The notes under the pieces were generated by a model. The model worked only from the letters and a program-made list of their open reading frames with translations. It did not search any database and was not told the origin of the DNA. A stretch of DNA of 62,371 nucleotides from Planctomycetota bacterium (lineage in GTDB: Bacteria; Planctomycetota; PLA2): contig JAPUHK010000257.1 of assembly GCA_027297745.1 (NCBI GenBank), forward strand, positions 1 to 62,371, given 5' to 3'. Position numbers and translations under genes: made by a program. Positions 51,753 to 59,613 of this stretch are shown here, in pieces. Position 1 is the first letter of the stretch; every line of letters starts with the position of its first letter.

Positions 51753-54176
51753 TCAGCGCTCCCGCCGGGCACCGACCCAGGCGGTCCACAGCAGCGTGGG
51801 CTCGCGCTCCGCCCCCTCCGGGGCGTCCTTGCCGGCCAGTCGCCCGAACCGGGCGTGCGTCAGGCCCAGGATCCCGTCCGGATCGTCCAGGGCGTACTGA
51901 CTGCAAGCCGCGATCACGAGGTGGTCCATCCACCAACGCTCCAGCTCCGGCGTGCGCAGGCGCTTCTCGATGGCGTCCAACACGCGCCCCAGCTCCGCAG
52001 GAGGAATGCCGCGCCCCGGGTCCGTGGCCCCGAGCAGGTGGTGGATCAGTTGGCGCACCATCTTGTCGGGCACCGTGCCGTCCGCCACGACCTGGGTGTA
52101 GTGCGCGACCCACTTCTGCGGCGTAACCCGGTCACGCCCCAGCCACAGCTCGGCGTGGTCGCGGCGCTCCTTCACGACCGTGCTCGGGTCCCGAATGGCA
52201 TTGAGGACCCACTTCCCGAAGTCCGCCCACAAGGCTCCGTCCTTCTTCGTGATCGCGCCCGCGGCGGCTTGCAGGACCTCGTCCTCGACGGGGCCCTGCT
52301 TCAGCTTCACGCGCAGCGGGCCGGCAAGACGCGTGAGGCGCAGGGACAGCGCGCAGCCGCTTGCGCGGTCGTACACGCTCTTGCGTTGCAGAAGCGCCTG
52401 GACCCCCGTCGAATCGCCAGCCTCCAAAAGGGCTTCGGCCGTGAGCGCCGCCACGTCGGAGGGCGCCGTCCTACAAACGCGTTGCAGCGCGAGGCGGTGC
52501 TTTGGATAGCGCCCATGCAGGGCGCTCACGAGCACCCGTTCGCGCGTGCGCAAGTCCAGCTCGACGAAGTGCTCCATCAAGCGCTCGAGCGCGGAGTCCA
52601 CTCCGCCTTCGGCCAGCGGCACCAGCTCCGCGGCGACCGGGGCGCGATGGGCGTGGCGTACCGCCGCGTCCCGCGCGCGGCGCGTGGGAACGCCCACCAA
52701 CAGACGCACGAGATCGCGCCGTTCATCGACACTGCTCGTCAAGCGCAAGCGCGCCTCGATCAGGTCCAACACGTGGCCCAGGTTGCCGCCCGCGAGCGGC
52801 ACGGGATCGCTCGCGTCCGCCGGCAGGGCCAGACACAGCTCCACGCGCTCCCGCTTCGGCCCATAGGTCTGGATTGAGATGCGTTCCCCGCGCAGGACGC
52901 GCCGGACCAAGCGGTTGTCCCGCCCGCCGGCGGAGGGGGGCATGCCCAGGAACTCGAGCGCCTCGCCGTCGGCCGCGGGCAGCAGCACGCCGACGAAGCG
53001 CGCACGCGTCCCGTCCCCGACGTACAGCGACGTGTACAGAGGGAGGTCGGCGCGCGTCACCTCGGCCAGTACCGGGGGGCCTCCCGCCGGCGACGAGGCC
53101 AGCACGACGCGCAGGAAACGCAGCGCCCGGTCCGAGCGCGGCGGCGGCAGGGATGCCGGACGGTCGCGGCGCAGCCGCGCGTACTCCTCGAAGGTCCGCG
53201 CCGGACCGCCGAACGCGGCCGAGAGCAGCTCGCGGGCCGTGCCGCGCAAGGGCTCCATGCGGCGCGGAAGCTCCAACACCACATCCACAAGCCGGCCGCG
53301 CTGCCGATCGCTCAAACGGGGATCGCACAACAGCTCCAGCAGCAGAGGAGCGGAGCTCGCGGCAAAGGCCGCGTCGTCCGTGATCTTGCCCTCGACGGCG
53401 CGCACCAGCGCGCTCAAGCCCCCGCCGGTCAGGCGCCCGCGACCGTAGGCGCGCAGCAGCAAGTTGAGGGCATGGGTCCCGCGCGTGAGTGGGGCGAGCT
53501 GTGCCTGCGCCTCCTCATCCAGCAGCGTCGGCAGGTAGAGCAGCGACGCGGCCTCGCTGAGCGCGTCCGCCGTGCGCGCGTCCGCGCCGCGCCGCACGGA
53601 CAGCGAGAGCAAGGACGGAAGCAACCGCTCGCGGATCAACCAGCGCGTGAGAGCGTCCGGTTCGACGCGCTCGACCACGACCTGCACGGTCTTCACGGTC
53701 TCGGCAAAAAACCGCAGGCGTTCCTCCGGTGGGAGCACCCGGCGCGTTAGACACTCGTCCGCGTAAAGCAGCAGGAGATTCAGGTTCGCGGCGGAAACCG
53801 GCTGCGGCGGCGCGTAGGCGGCGCGCAGCTTCTGCAGCGCGGAGAGCGCCGTCAGGTGCACTTCGCCCGGCACCGGGCCGGACGGGCCTGGAGACAGCGG
53901 CACGTTCAAGGCCGGCTCGAGGATCTCCTGGTCCAGACTGCGAAGGCTGAGCCGGCGCCCGTCCAGCTCGATCAGCACGGGAGCGGCTTGCGCCAACAGC
54001 GCACGATGGCCCGTGGTCGCCAGACGCCGTTGGAAGCGGCGGCGCTCGGCGGCGTCCGCCCGCTGCCAGCGATCGAGCACCGACCGCGGGCGGTCGGCGG
54101 CGCGGGCCTCGGGCGCGCCGGCAGCGGCCGCGAGACCCGCGGCACACACGAGCAGCAGGGCCGGACGGCGTCTCAC
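51753..54176 (-). CDS. Large secreted hypothetical protein (807 aa)
   Basis: Signal peptide MRRRPALLLVCAAGLAAAAGAPEARA. The rest is long, Leu/Arg-rich and helical with no recognised domain. It is the only long stop-free frame here with a sensible N-terminus. Confidence 0.6.
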   Translation of the reverse strand: MRRRPALLLVCAAGLAAAAGAPEARAADRPRSVLDRWQRADAAERRRFQRRLATTGHRALLAQAAPVLIELDGRRLSLRSLDQEILEPALNVPLSPGPSGPVPGEVHLTALSALQKLRAAYAPPQPVSAANLNLLLLYADECLTRRVLPPEERLRFFAETVKTVQVVVERVEPDALTRWLIRERLLPSLLSLSVRRGADARTADALSEAASLLYLPTLLDEEAQAQLAPLTRGTHALNLLLRAYGRGRLTGGGLSALVRAVEGKITDDAAFAASSAPLLLELLCDPRLSDRQRGRLVDVVLELPRRMEPLRGTARELLSAAFGGPARTFEEYARLRRDRPASLPPPRSDRALRFLRVVLASSPAGGPPVLAEVTRADLPLYTSLYVGDGTRARFVGVLLPAADGEALEFLGMPPSAGGRDNRLVRRVLRGERISIQTYGPKRERVELCLALPADASDPVPLAGGNLGHVLDLIEARLRLTSSVDERRDLVRLLVGVPTRRARDAAVRHAHRAPVAAELVPLAEGGVDSALERLMEHFVELDLRTRERVLVSALHGRYPKHRLALQRVCRTAPSDVAALTAEALLEAGDSTGVQALLQRKSVYDRASGCALSLRLTRLAGPLRVKLKQGPVEDEVLQAAAGAITKKDGALWADFGKWVLNAIRDPSTVVKERRDHAELWLGRDRVTPQKWVAHYTQVVADGTVPDKMVRQLIHHLLGATDPGRGIPPAELGRVLDAIEKRLRTPELERWWMDHLVIAACSQYALDDPDGILGLTHARFGRLAGKDAPEGAEREPTLLWTAWVGARRER

Positions 54177-54281
54177 GAAGCGCTCAGTCTAGCGGCGCGG
54201 GGCTGGAAAAAGGCGGTTCCCCCGGAGTGCCTTCCTCACCGTCATAGCGTCCGGCGAAGGGGGTTTAAGTCCAAGGGTCCA

Positions 54282-54752
54282 GTGGCCGACGCTGAAGGTG
54301 TGGTTCGCCTTCTGACATCCCTGCTCGGGCTGGGCATCCTGATCGGCGGCATCTTCCTCTTCGTGCGCCCCTTCATCACGAAGGAGGAGCCGACGAAAAA
54401 AGAAGACAGCGTGCTGACCGGGTTGCAGGAGCCGCAACTGCATCGCGTCGCCGTGCTGGAGGACAGCGAGCTGCCTGAGGGAGTGAGCCTGCCCGACGTG
54501 GACGAGGACCTGATGTATCTCTCCGTCGTGGTCTTCTACCCGGGCGCGGCGCGTGTTCCCGGCGTAGGCAGCTTCCGGCTGGAGCGCGTCAACGGCCAGC
54601 CAAGAGCTGAGCTGGGCGCGATCGCCACGTTCCCCGAGATCGACGACGACGGAGCGTACGTGGAAGCGGTCTTCAAGGTCAGCGCCGACTTCCAGTACGC
54701 GCAGATCTTCCGCGGGCCGAGCCTGCTGGCGAAGAAGGTCTCGCTGGACTAG
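54282..54752 (+). CDS. Small membrane-anchored hypothetical protein
   Basis: GTG start candidates at 54282/54299. A TM (LLTSLLGLGILIGGIFLFV) is followed by an acidic soluble domain. Confidence 0.5.
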   Translation: MADAEGVVRLLTSLLGLGILIGGIFLFVRPFITKEEPTKKEDSVLTGLQEPQLHRVAVLEDSELPEGVSLPDVDEDLMYLSVVVFYPGAARVPGVGSFRLERVNGQPRAELGAIATFPEIDDDGAYVEAVFKVSADFQYAQIFRGPSLLAKKVSLD

Positions 54753-55003
54753 GCGTCGCCCCTCCCACCGCCCGCCGTCTTCGAGCCCGAGCCCGCCACC
54801 CGCGGCACCGCGACCGGGAGCACCACCGACCCGCCGCGCTCCCTCTACGAGCACCCCGAGCCCCGCCGAGAGACTGGTCCGTTTCGCGTCTTGCAGGACG
54901 TGGAAACCCTGCGCAGCGCGGGCGAACGGCTGGGCGTCGCACACTGACGCTCACAGCGGTGTCTCGTTCTCGGCCGTCGGGGCCGCGACAAGAAGTTGCA
55001 CTT

Positions 55004-55022
55004 GAGAATGAGTCTCATAATC
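55004..55022. promoter_or_regulatory. Fur-box-like site upstream of bfd-bfr
   Basis: GAGAATGAGTCTCATAATC matches 14 of 19 positions of GATAATGATAATCATTATC and contains the palindrome ATGAG-T-CTCAT. It lies 24 nt upstream of the bfd ATG. Confidence 0.45.
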
Positions 55023-55045
55023 TTGCGAGCGTGGAGACCAAGCCC

Positions 55046-55249
55046 ATGTCGCGGTGCGAGTGCGCCGCGTTGTCCTTCCAACAGATCGCGGCCCTCGCCG
55101 AGCGCGACGGAATCACCGAGTTCGAGCTCTTGTGCCGCAAGACCGGTTGCGCCTCCACCTGCACCGCCTGCCTGCCCGACCTGCAGGCCTTCCTCGCGGC
55201 GCGCGCGCGGACTTCGCCCACCACTTGTGCGACCGGTTCGGTAAGCTGA
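55046..55249 (+). CDS. bfd: Bacterioferritin-associated ferredoxin (BFD-like [2Fe-2S] domain)
   Basis: MSRCECAALSF...GCASTCTACLPDL gives a C-x-C ... C-x-x-C ligand pattern. It sits immediately upstream of bfr. Confidence 0.7.
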   Translation: MSRCECAALSFQQIAALAERDGITEFELLCRKTGCASTCTACLPDLQAFLAARARTSPTTCATGSVS

Positions 55250-55295
55250 ACCGCGTGAACCGGCTCAGTGCCGGTGCAGCGACAAGGAGCGAATC

Positions 55296-55772
55296 ATGAA
55301 GGGCGACCCCGCAATCACCGACGTGCTCAACGAGGTGCTGTGCGCCGAGTTGAGCGCCGTGAACCAGTACTTCGTCCACGCCAAGATGTGCGCCGACTGG
55401 GGCTACAACTCGCTGGCCTCCCACACGCGCTCCGAGGCGATCGACGAGATGAAGCACGCGGAGATGATGATCGATCGCATCCTGTTCCTCGAGGGTGTGC
55501 CCAACATGCAGAAGTACCTGAAGATCAACATCGGGCCGACCGTGAAGGAGCAGTTCGAGTTCGACGTGAAGCTGGAGTATGAAGCCGTCGACCGCCTGAA
55601 CCGCGGGATCGCGCTCTGCCGCGACAAGGGCGACAACGCGACACGTGAGATCCTCGAAAAGCTCTTGAATGACGAGGAGCAGCACGTCGACTGGCTGGAG
55701 ACGCAGCTGCACCTGATCGACAGCATCGGCTCGGAGCGTTACCTCTCCCAGAAGCTGGGCGAGGGCTCCTGA
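55296..55772 (+). CDS. bfr: Bacterioferritin
   Basis: LNEVLCAELSAVNQYFVHAKM, EAIDEMKHAEMMIDRILFLEG (haem Met) and EEQHVDWLETQL match Bfr. Confidence 0.95.
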   Translation: MKGDPAITDVLNEVLCAELSAVNQYFVHAKMCADWGYNSLASHTRSEAIDEMKHAEMMIDRILFLEGVPNMQKYLKINIGPTVKEQFEFDVKLEYEAVDRLNRGIALCRDKGDNATREILEKLLNDEEQHVDWLETQLHLIDSIGSERYLSQKLGEGS

Positions 55773-55790
55773 GGCGGCCACCAGGCGATA

Positions 55791-55813
55791 GCTGTCAGCT
55801 GACGGCTGACAGC
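55791..55813. terminator. Bidirectional terminator-like hairpin between convergent genes
   Basis: Perfect 9-bp stem GCTGTCAGC / GCTGACAGC with loop TGACG. It shares the leading TAGCTGTCAGCT string with the hairpin at 11638. Confidence 0.5.
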
Positions 55814-55818
55814 CCGGC

Positions 55819-57396
55819 CTACGGAGGAGCGCTGCGGATCTCGATGAAGGTCCCGCCGTTCTGCTCGGCCAGGCGGCGCATGAAATCCGTCATGTCCGCC
55901 GTCTCCCCCACTCCACCCCGCTCCTCGTCGGGCGGCGCGCCGAGCAGCAGCGCGATCGTGTGAATGCGGACGCGGCGCAGGCGGTTCAGGTCGCGCACGC
56001 GCGCCAGGATCTGTTCGGGCACCGTGGCCTTGCCGGCCGTCGGCAGGCCGTCGCTGAGCAGGTAGAGCGTATCCAGCTCCGGATTTTCGTGCAGGGCGCG
56101 CAGCAGAGTGTCGTACGTGTTCGTTCCGCCGCGCGGCAGGAGTTGCTTCGACACCCAGCGAGCCGCCCGGCGCCGGTGGGTCTCCGTCGCGGGCTTCAAG
56201 CCCTTCTCCCAGAAGTTGGGTGAGCCCGCGAATGTGATCACGTTGAACTGGGTGGGCTCGCGCAGCTCCCCGATCGTCTTGAGCAGCTGCCGTCCCGCCA
56301 CGTCGATGCGCGTCACCCGGCCGTCGCCGATCTTCATCGACTCGGAAACGTCCACCACGAACAGCAACCGGTCGCTGAAGACCTTGAAGTCATAGTACTT
56401 GGGCACGCTGAAGCCCGATCCGTCGGCCAGGTTCCCAGCCGCGTCGAGCCGGCCCTCGCTGCGAGCCTTCCACCACTGCCGCCACGTCTCGGGGACGTAC
56501 CCGAGGTCGCGCCCCGTGATCGCGCGCAGCGACTTCTGGGCCTCGTGCTTGACGCGCAGCCGGCCGTTCTCGAGCAGCGCGATCAGCTCGGGAACGAGCT
56601 CCATCAGGCGCGCCTCGCCTACGCTGCGCGCCGCCTGCTCATGCACGAGCACGTCGGGATCCCCGAGCAGGACGCGCATGGCCGCGAGCGTCCGTTCGTC
56701 GCGCTCGCACGTGAGCAGCATCTCCGCGGCCGCCAGCCGGCGCGCCTTCTGCTTGCTCCGGGCGGCCAGGAGCAGGACGCGGCAGGCCGTCCGGCCGCCG
56801 ATGCGGCCCAGCGCGCGCAGGCACTCGTAGCGCAGCGCCGGGCTCCCCAGCGCCCGCGGACCGACCTCGAGCGCCAACAGCGCCGGTTCAGCCTCGCGCA
56901 CTCGCAGGCTGCCGAGCGCTTCCACCACGGCCAGGCGCACGCCCGCATCGCGAATGCGCGGCAGCTGCAGCGCCAGCCAGCGCGCCGCTTCCGGGTCCGC
57001 GCAGCGCGCGACCGCCCCGGCGAACGTGCTGCCCAACAGCTCCTCGTCGGAGCGCACGACGAGCGTCAGCAGCTTCTTCATGGCGTCCAGGTCCGCGATC
57101 GTCCCGAGCGCCGTCATGGCTGCGATGCGCACGCGCGGGCCAGGGTCGTCCTTCACGATGCGCAGCAGCTGCTTGCGCGAGGTGGGTGTCGGCAGCGCAC
57201 CGAGGCGGTGAGCCACAGCCCGGCGCCGGCGGCGGTGCGCCGCGTCCTGGTTGGAAGCGTTTTCGTCGTAGACGCGGATCAGCGCCCGCACTTCCCGTTC
57301 GATGGGCTCCAGATCGGGAGTGTCGGCCCGTGCCGAACCGGAACCCGAACCCGATCCCGCGAGCAGGATCGCGACGCCCACGCTGAGGACTCTCAC
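55819..57396 (-). CDS. Secreted HEAT-repeat + VWA domain protein (paralog 2)
   Basis: GTG start (VRVLSVGVAILLAGSGSGSGSARA). HEAT-like repeats (PRVRIAAMTALG, AGVRLAVVEALG, LVHEQAARSVGE). ETWRQWWKARSEG linker. VWA domain (LFVVDVSESM, FNVITFAG, GGTNTYDTL, LYLLSDGLPT). Confidence 0.8.
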   Translation of the reverse strand: MRVLSVGVAILLAGSGSGSGSARADTPDLEPIEREVRALIRVYDENASNQDAAHRRRRRAVAHRLGALPTPTSRKQLLRIVKDDPGPRVRIAAMTALGTIADLDAMKKLLTLVVRSDEELLGSTFAGAVARCADPEAARWLALQLPRIRDAGVRLAVVEALGSLRVREAEPALLALEVGPRALGSPALRYECLRALGRIGGRTACRVLLLAARSKQKARRLAAAEMLLTCERDERTLAAMRVLLGDPDVLVHEQAARSVGEARLMELVPELIALLENGRLRVKHEAQKSLRAITGRDLGYVPETWRQWWKARSEGRLDAAGNLADGSGFSVPKYYDFKVFSDRLLFVVDVSESMKIGDGRVTRIDVAGRQLLKTIGELREPTQFNVITFAGSPNFWEKGLKPATETHRRRAARWVSKQLLPRGGTNTYDTLLRALHENPELDTLYLLSDGLPTAGKATVPEQILARVRDLNRLRRVRIHTIALLLGAPPDEERGGVGETADMTDFMRRLAEQNGGTFIEIRSAPP

Positions 57397-57457
57397 GCAC
57401 GCGCCAGTGTAGCCGCCGGCGCGGCGCCCGGGCCGCCGCACGGCTATACTCGGACCG

Positions 57458-58222
57458 ATGAGCGGGTCCCTGCGCGTAGCGCTCTGCGAATTGGACACGG
57501 CGTGGGAGGACGCGGCGCTGAACCGTGAGCGCATCGACGCGCTGCTCGACGGCGCCGAGCGCGAGCAGGCGCACGTGGCGGTGCTGCCGGAGCTGGCCTT
57601 CAGCGGCTTCACGATGACGCCGCCGGCCGACGACAGGGCGGAACCGTTCCTGCGGGAACAGGCGCGGCGGCGCAAGCTGGCGTTGGTGGCCGGCCTGGTC
57701 GGCGGTCGCGGGGAGCAGCCGACGAACGACGCCCTCGCCGTGGGCACCGACGGCGCCGTCCTGGCGCGCTACTCGAAGCTGCATCCGTTCTCCTTCGCGG
57801 GCGAGCACAAGCACTACCGGGCCGGCGACAGCCTGCCGCTGTTCGAGCTGGCCGGGTTCCGCGCGGCGACGCTCGTGTGCTACGACCTGCGCTTCCCGGA
57901 GGTCTTCCGCGAGGCCGCGCTGCAGGGCGCGAACCTCTTCTTCGTAATCGCCAACTGGCCCGAGAAACGCGTCGACCACTGGCGCACGCTGCTCAGCGCG
58001 CGCGCCATCGAGAACCAGGCCTACGTGGTGGCCGTGAATCGCGTCGGGTCGGATCCGCACGAAGCCTATGCGGGCGCCTCGCGCGTAGTCGACCCGCTCG
58101 GTGAAGTGCTGCTGGAAGGACCGGGCACGGCGGATCTGGATCCCGGCCGGCCGGCGTGGCTGCGCGAGCGTTTTCCCGCCCTGCGCGACGTGCGCACGGA
58201 TCGCTACAGGTTGGTGCCATGA
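57458..58222 (+). CDS. Carbon-nitrogen hydrolase family protein (nitrilase/amidase superfamily)
   Basis: Glu-Lys-Cys triad context: AVLPELAFSG, YSKLHPF, LVCYDLRFPE. Confidence 0.85.
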   Translation: MSGSLRVALCELDTAWEDAALNRERIDALLDGAEREQAHVAVLPELAFSGFTMTPPADDRAEPFLREQARRRKLALVAGLVGGRGEQPTNDALAVGTDGAVLARYSKLHPFSFAGEHKHYRAGDSLPLFELAGFRAATLVCYDLRFPEVFREAALQGANLFFVIANWPEKRVDHWRTLLSARAIENQAYVVAVNRVGSDPHEAYAGASRVVDPLGEVLLEGPGTADLDPGRPAWLRERFPALRDVRTDRYRLVP

Positions 58223-59049
58223 CACGCATGCTGCTGATCGCCCTGCTCCTCACTCCTGCGTTCGCGCAGGACGCGCGCCCGCCCGACGGCATCGTCGAGG
58301 GAGAGCTCAAGCCCAAGAAGAAGACGGGCAACGCGCTCCTCTACGCCATCTACCTGCCGCGCAGCTTCGACCCCCAAGCGCCGTCGCCGCTCATCGTGGC
58401 CGTGCACGGCGGCCGCGGCACGGCGCTGCAGTTCGCCAAGTACCTGCGCTACTTCGCGGAATCGCAGGGCGCCATCCTGGCTTGCCCGCAGGCATACGAG
58501 GAGATCATCGGCGTAGGCGCGGACGGGACCTGGTGGCGGGGCTCGGCGAACGAGGTGAAAGCGCTGGAGCGCTTCGTCGCCTTCGTGAAGAAGGAGTACC
58601 GCATCGACCGGGACCGGGTCACGGCGATCGGCGTGGGCGACGGCGGGCAGCTAGCGGCACGCTGGGCGCTCTCCCGGGACCGCGGCCTGCAGGGGCTCGT
58701 GCTGGTCAACTCCCTGTGGAAGCTGAGCGGCACCATGCGCGCCAAGAAGACGACCAAGATCTACATCGCGGCCAGCAAGGACGGGCAGGACAAGGAGGGG
58801 CCGTTGAGCGTGTTCGCTGCTCGGGCCGCGCAGATGCTGCGCAAGCAGAGGTACCCGCTCGTGAAGAAGCTCTACCCGGGCAAGAGCAGGAGCTTCTTCC
58901 ACGGCTGGGAGGAAGACTTCGGCAAGGCGTACGAATGGTTCAACGGCAAGCGCGACTGGCCGAAGGAGCTGCGCCCGAAGAGCAACCTGCCGCCGCCTCC
59001 GCCGGGCGGGAAGAAAAGGAAGAAAGACCTGCCGCCGGCTCCCGAATAG
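58219..59049 (+). CDS. Secreted alpha/beta-hydrolase (esterase-like) with Pro/Lys-rich tail
   Basis: The ATG overlaps the upstream stop. Signal peptide MTRMLLIALLLTPAFA. LIVAVHGG is present, and the nucleophile-elbow-like GVGDGG deviates from GxSxG. The tail reads PPPPPGGKKRKKDLPPAPE. Confidence 0.6.
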   Translation: MTRMLLIALLLTPAFAQDARPPDGIVEGELKPKKKTGNALLYAIYLPRSFDPQAPSPLIVAVHGGRGTALQFAKYLRYFAESQGAILACPQAYEEIIGVGADGTWWRGSANEVKALERFVAFVKKEYRIDRDRVTAIGVGDGGQLAARWALSRDRGLQGLVLVNSLWKLSGTMRAKKTTKIYIAASKDGQDKEGPLSVFAARAAQMLRKQRYPLVKKLYPGKSRSFFHGWEEDFGKAYEWFNGKRDWPKELRPKSNLPPPPPGGKKRKKDLPPAPE

Positions 59050-59053
59050 CCGG

Positions 59054-59569
59054 CTAGCGCCGCGGGTCGCGCTCGTGGCAGTCGATGCAGCTCACCGCGT
59101 TGGCCAGGTACTTGCCGGCCTTGCGGTTGAGCCTGCTCACCCACTGCTGCATGAGATCCGCCATGAAGGCGTGGTCGTCGACCAGGATCCCCGGCCGCGG
59201 CAAGGCGGGCGCGTCCGCCAGACGGTCCAACGCGCGGATGTTCGGCTCGCTGTGACAGGACGAGCAGAGCGGCTGCCTCAGGCTCGGATTGCTCAAAAGC
59301 GGCGTCCAGTCGCGCGCAGGCTCTTTGTTCGTCAGCGGCGCTTCGCGCAGCGCGCGCAGGAAAGTGGTCATGAGGTAGGCGTATGCCTCGGCGCGCTCCG
59401 CCTGGCCCGCTCCGTCGCCCCGTATCGTGCGGGTCGCGCCCTGCTCCCGCGCCGGGCGCTCCCCATCCGGGCTGGCGCTGAAGTGGCGCCATACCAGAAC
59501 GCCGACCGGCAAACCGACCAGCAGACCGGCGATCAACCAGGGGGTACGGCGACGGGCGGCGGACGGCAT
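59054..59569 (-). CDS. Membrane-anchored dihaem c-type cytochrome
   Basis: N-terminal TM (WLIAGLLVGLPVGVLVW) and two CxxCH motifs (CSSCH, CIDCH). Confidence 0.7.
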   Translation of the reverse strand: MPSAARRRTPWLIAGLLVGLPVGVLVWRHFSASPDGERPAREQGATRTIRGDGAGQAERAEAYAYLMTTFLRALREAPLTNKEPARDWTPLLSNPSLRQPLCSSCHSEPNIRALDRLADAPALPRPGILVDDHAFMADLMQQWVSRLNRKAGKYLANAVSCIDCHERDPRR

Positions 59570-59613
59570 TGGGGCGCGACGGAGGGTTTATCATAGGGCG
59601 CCCGCAACGTCCC

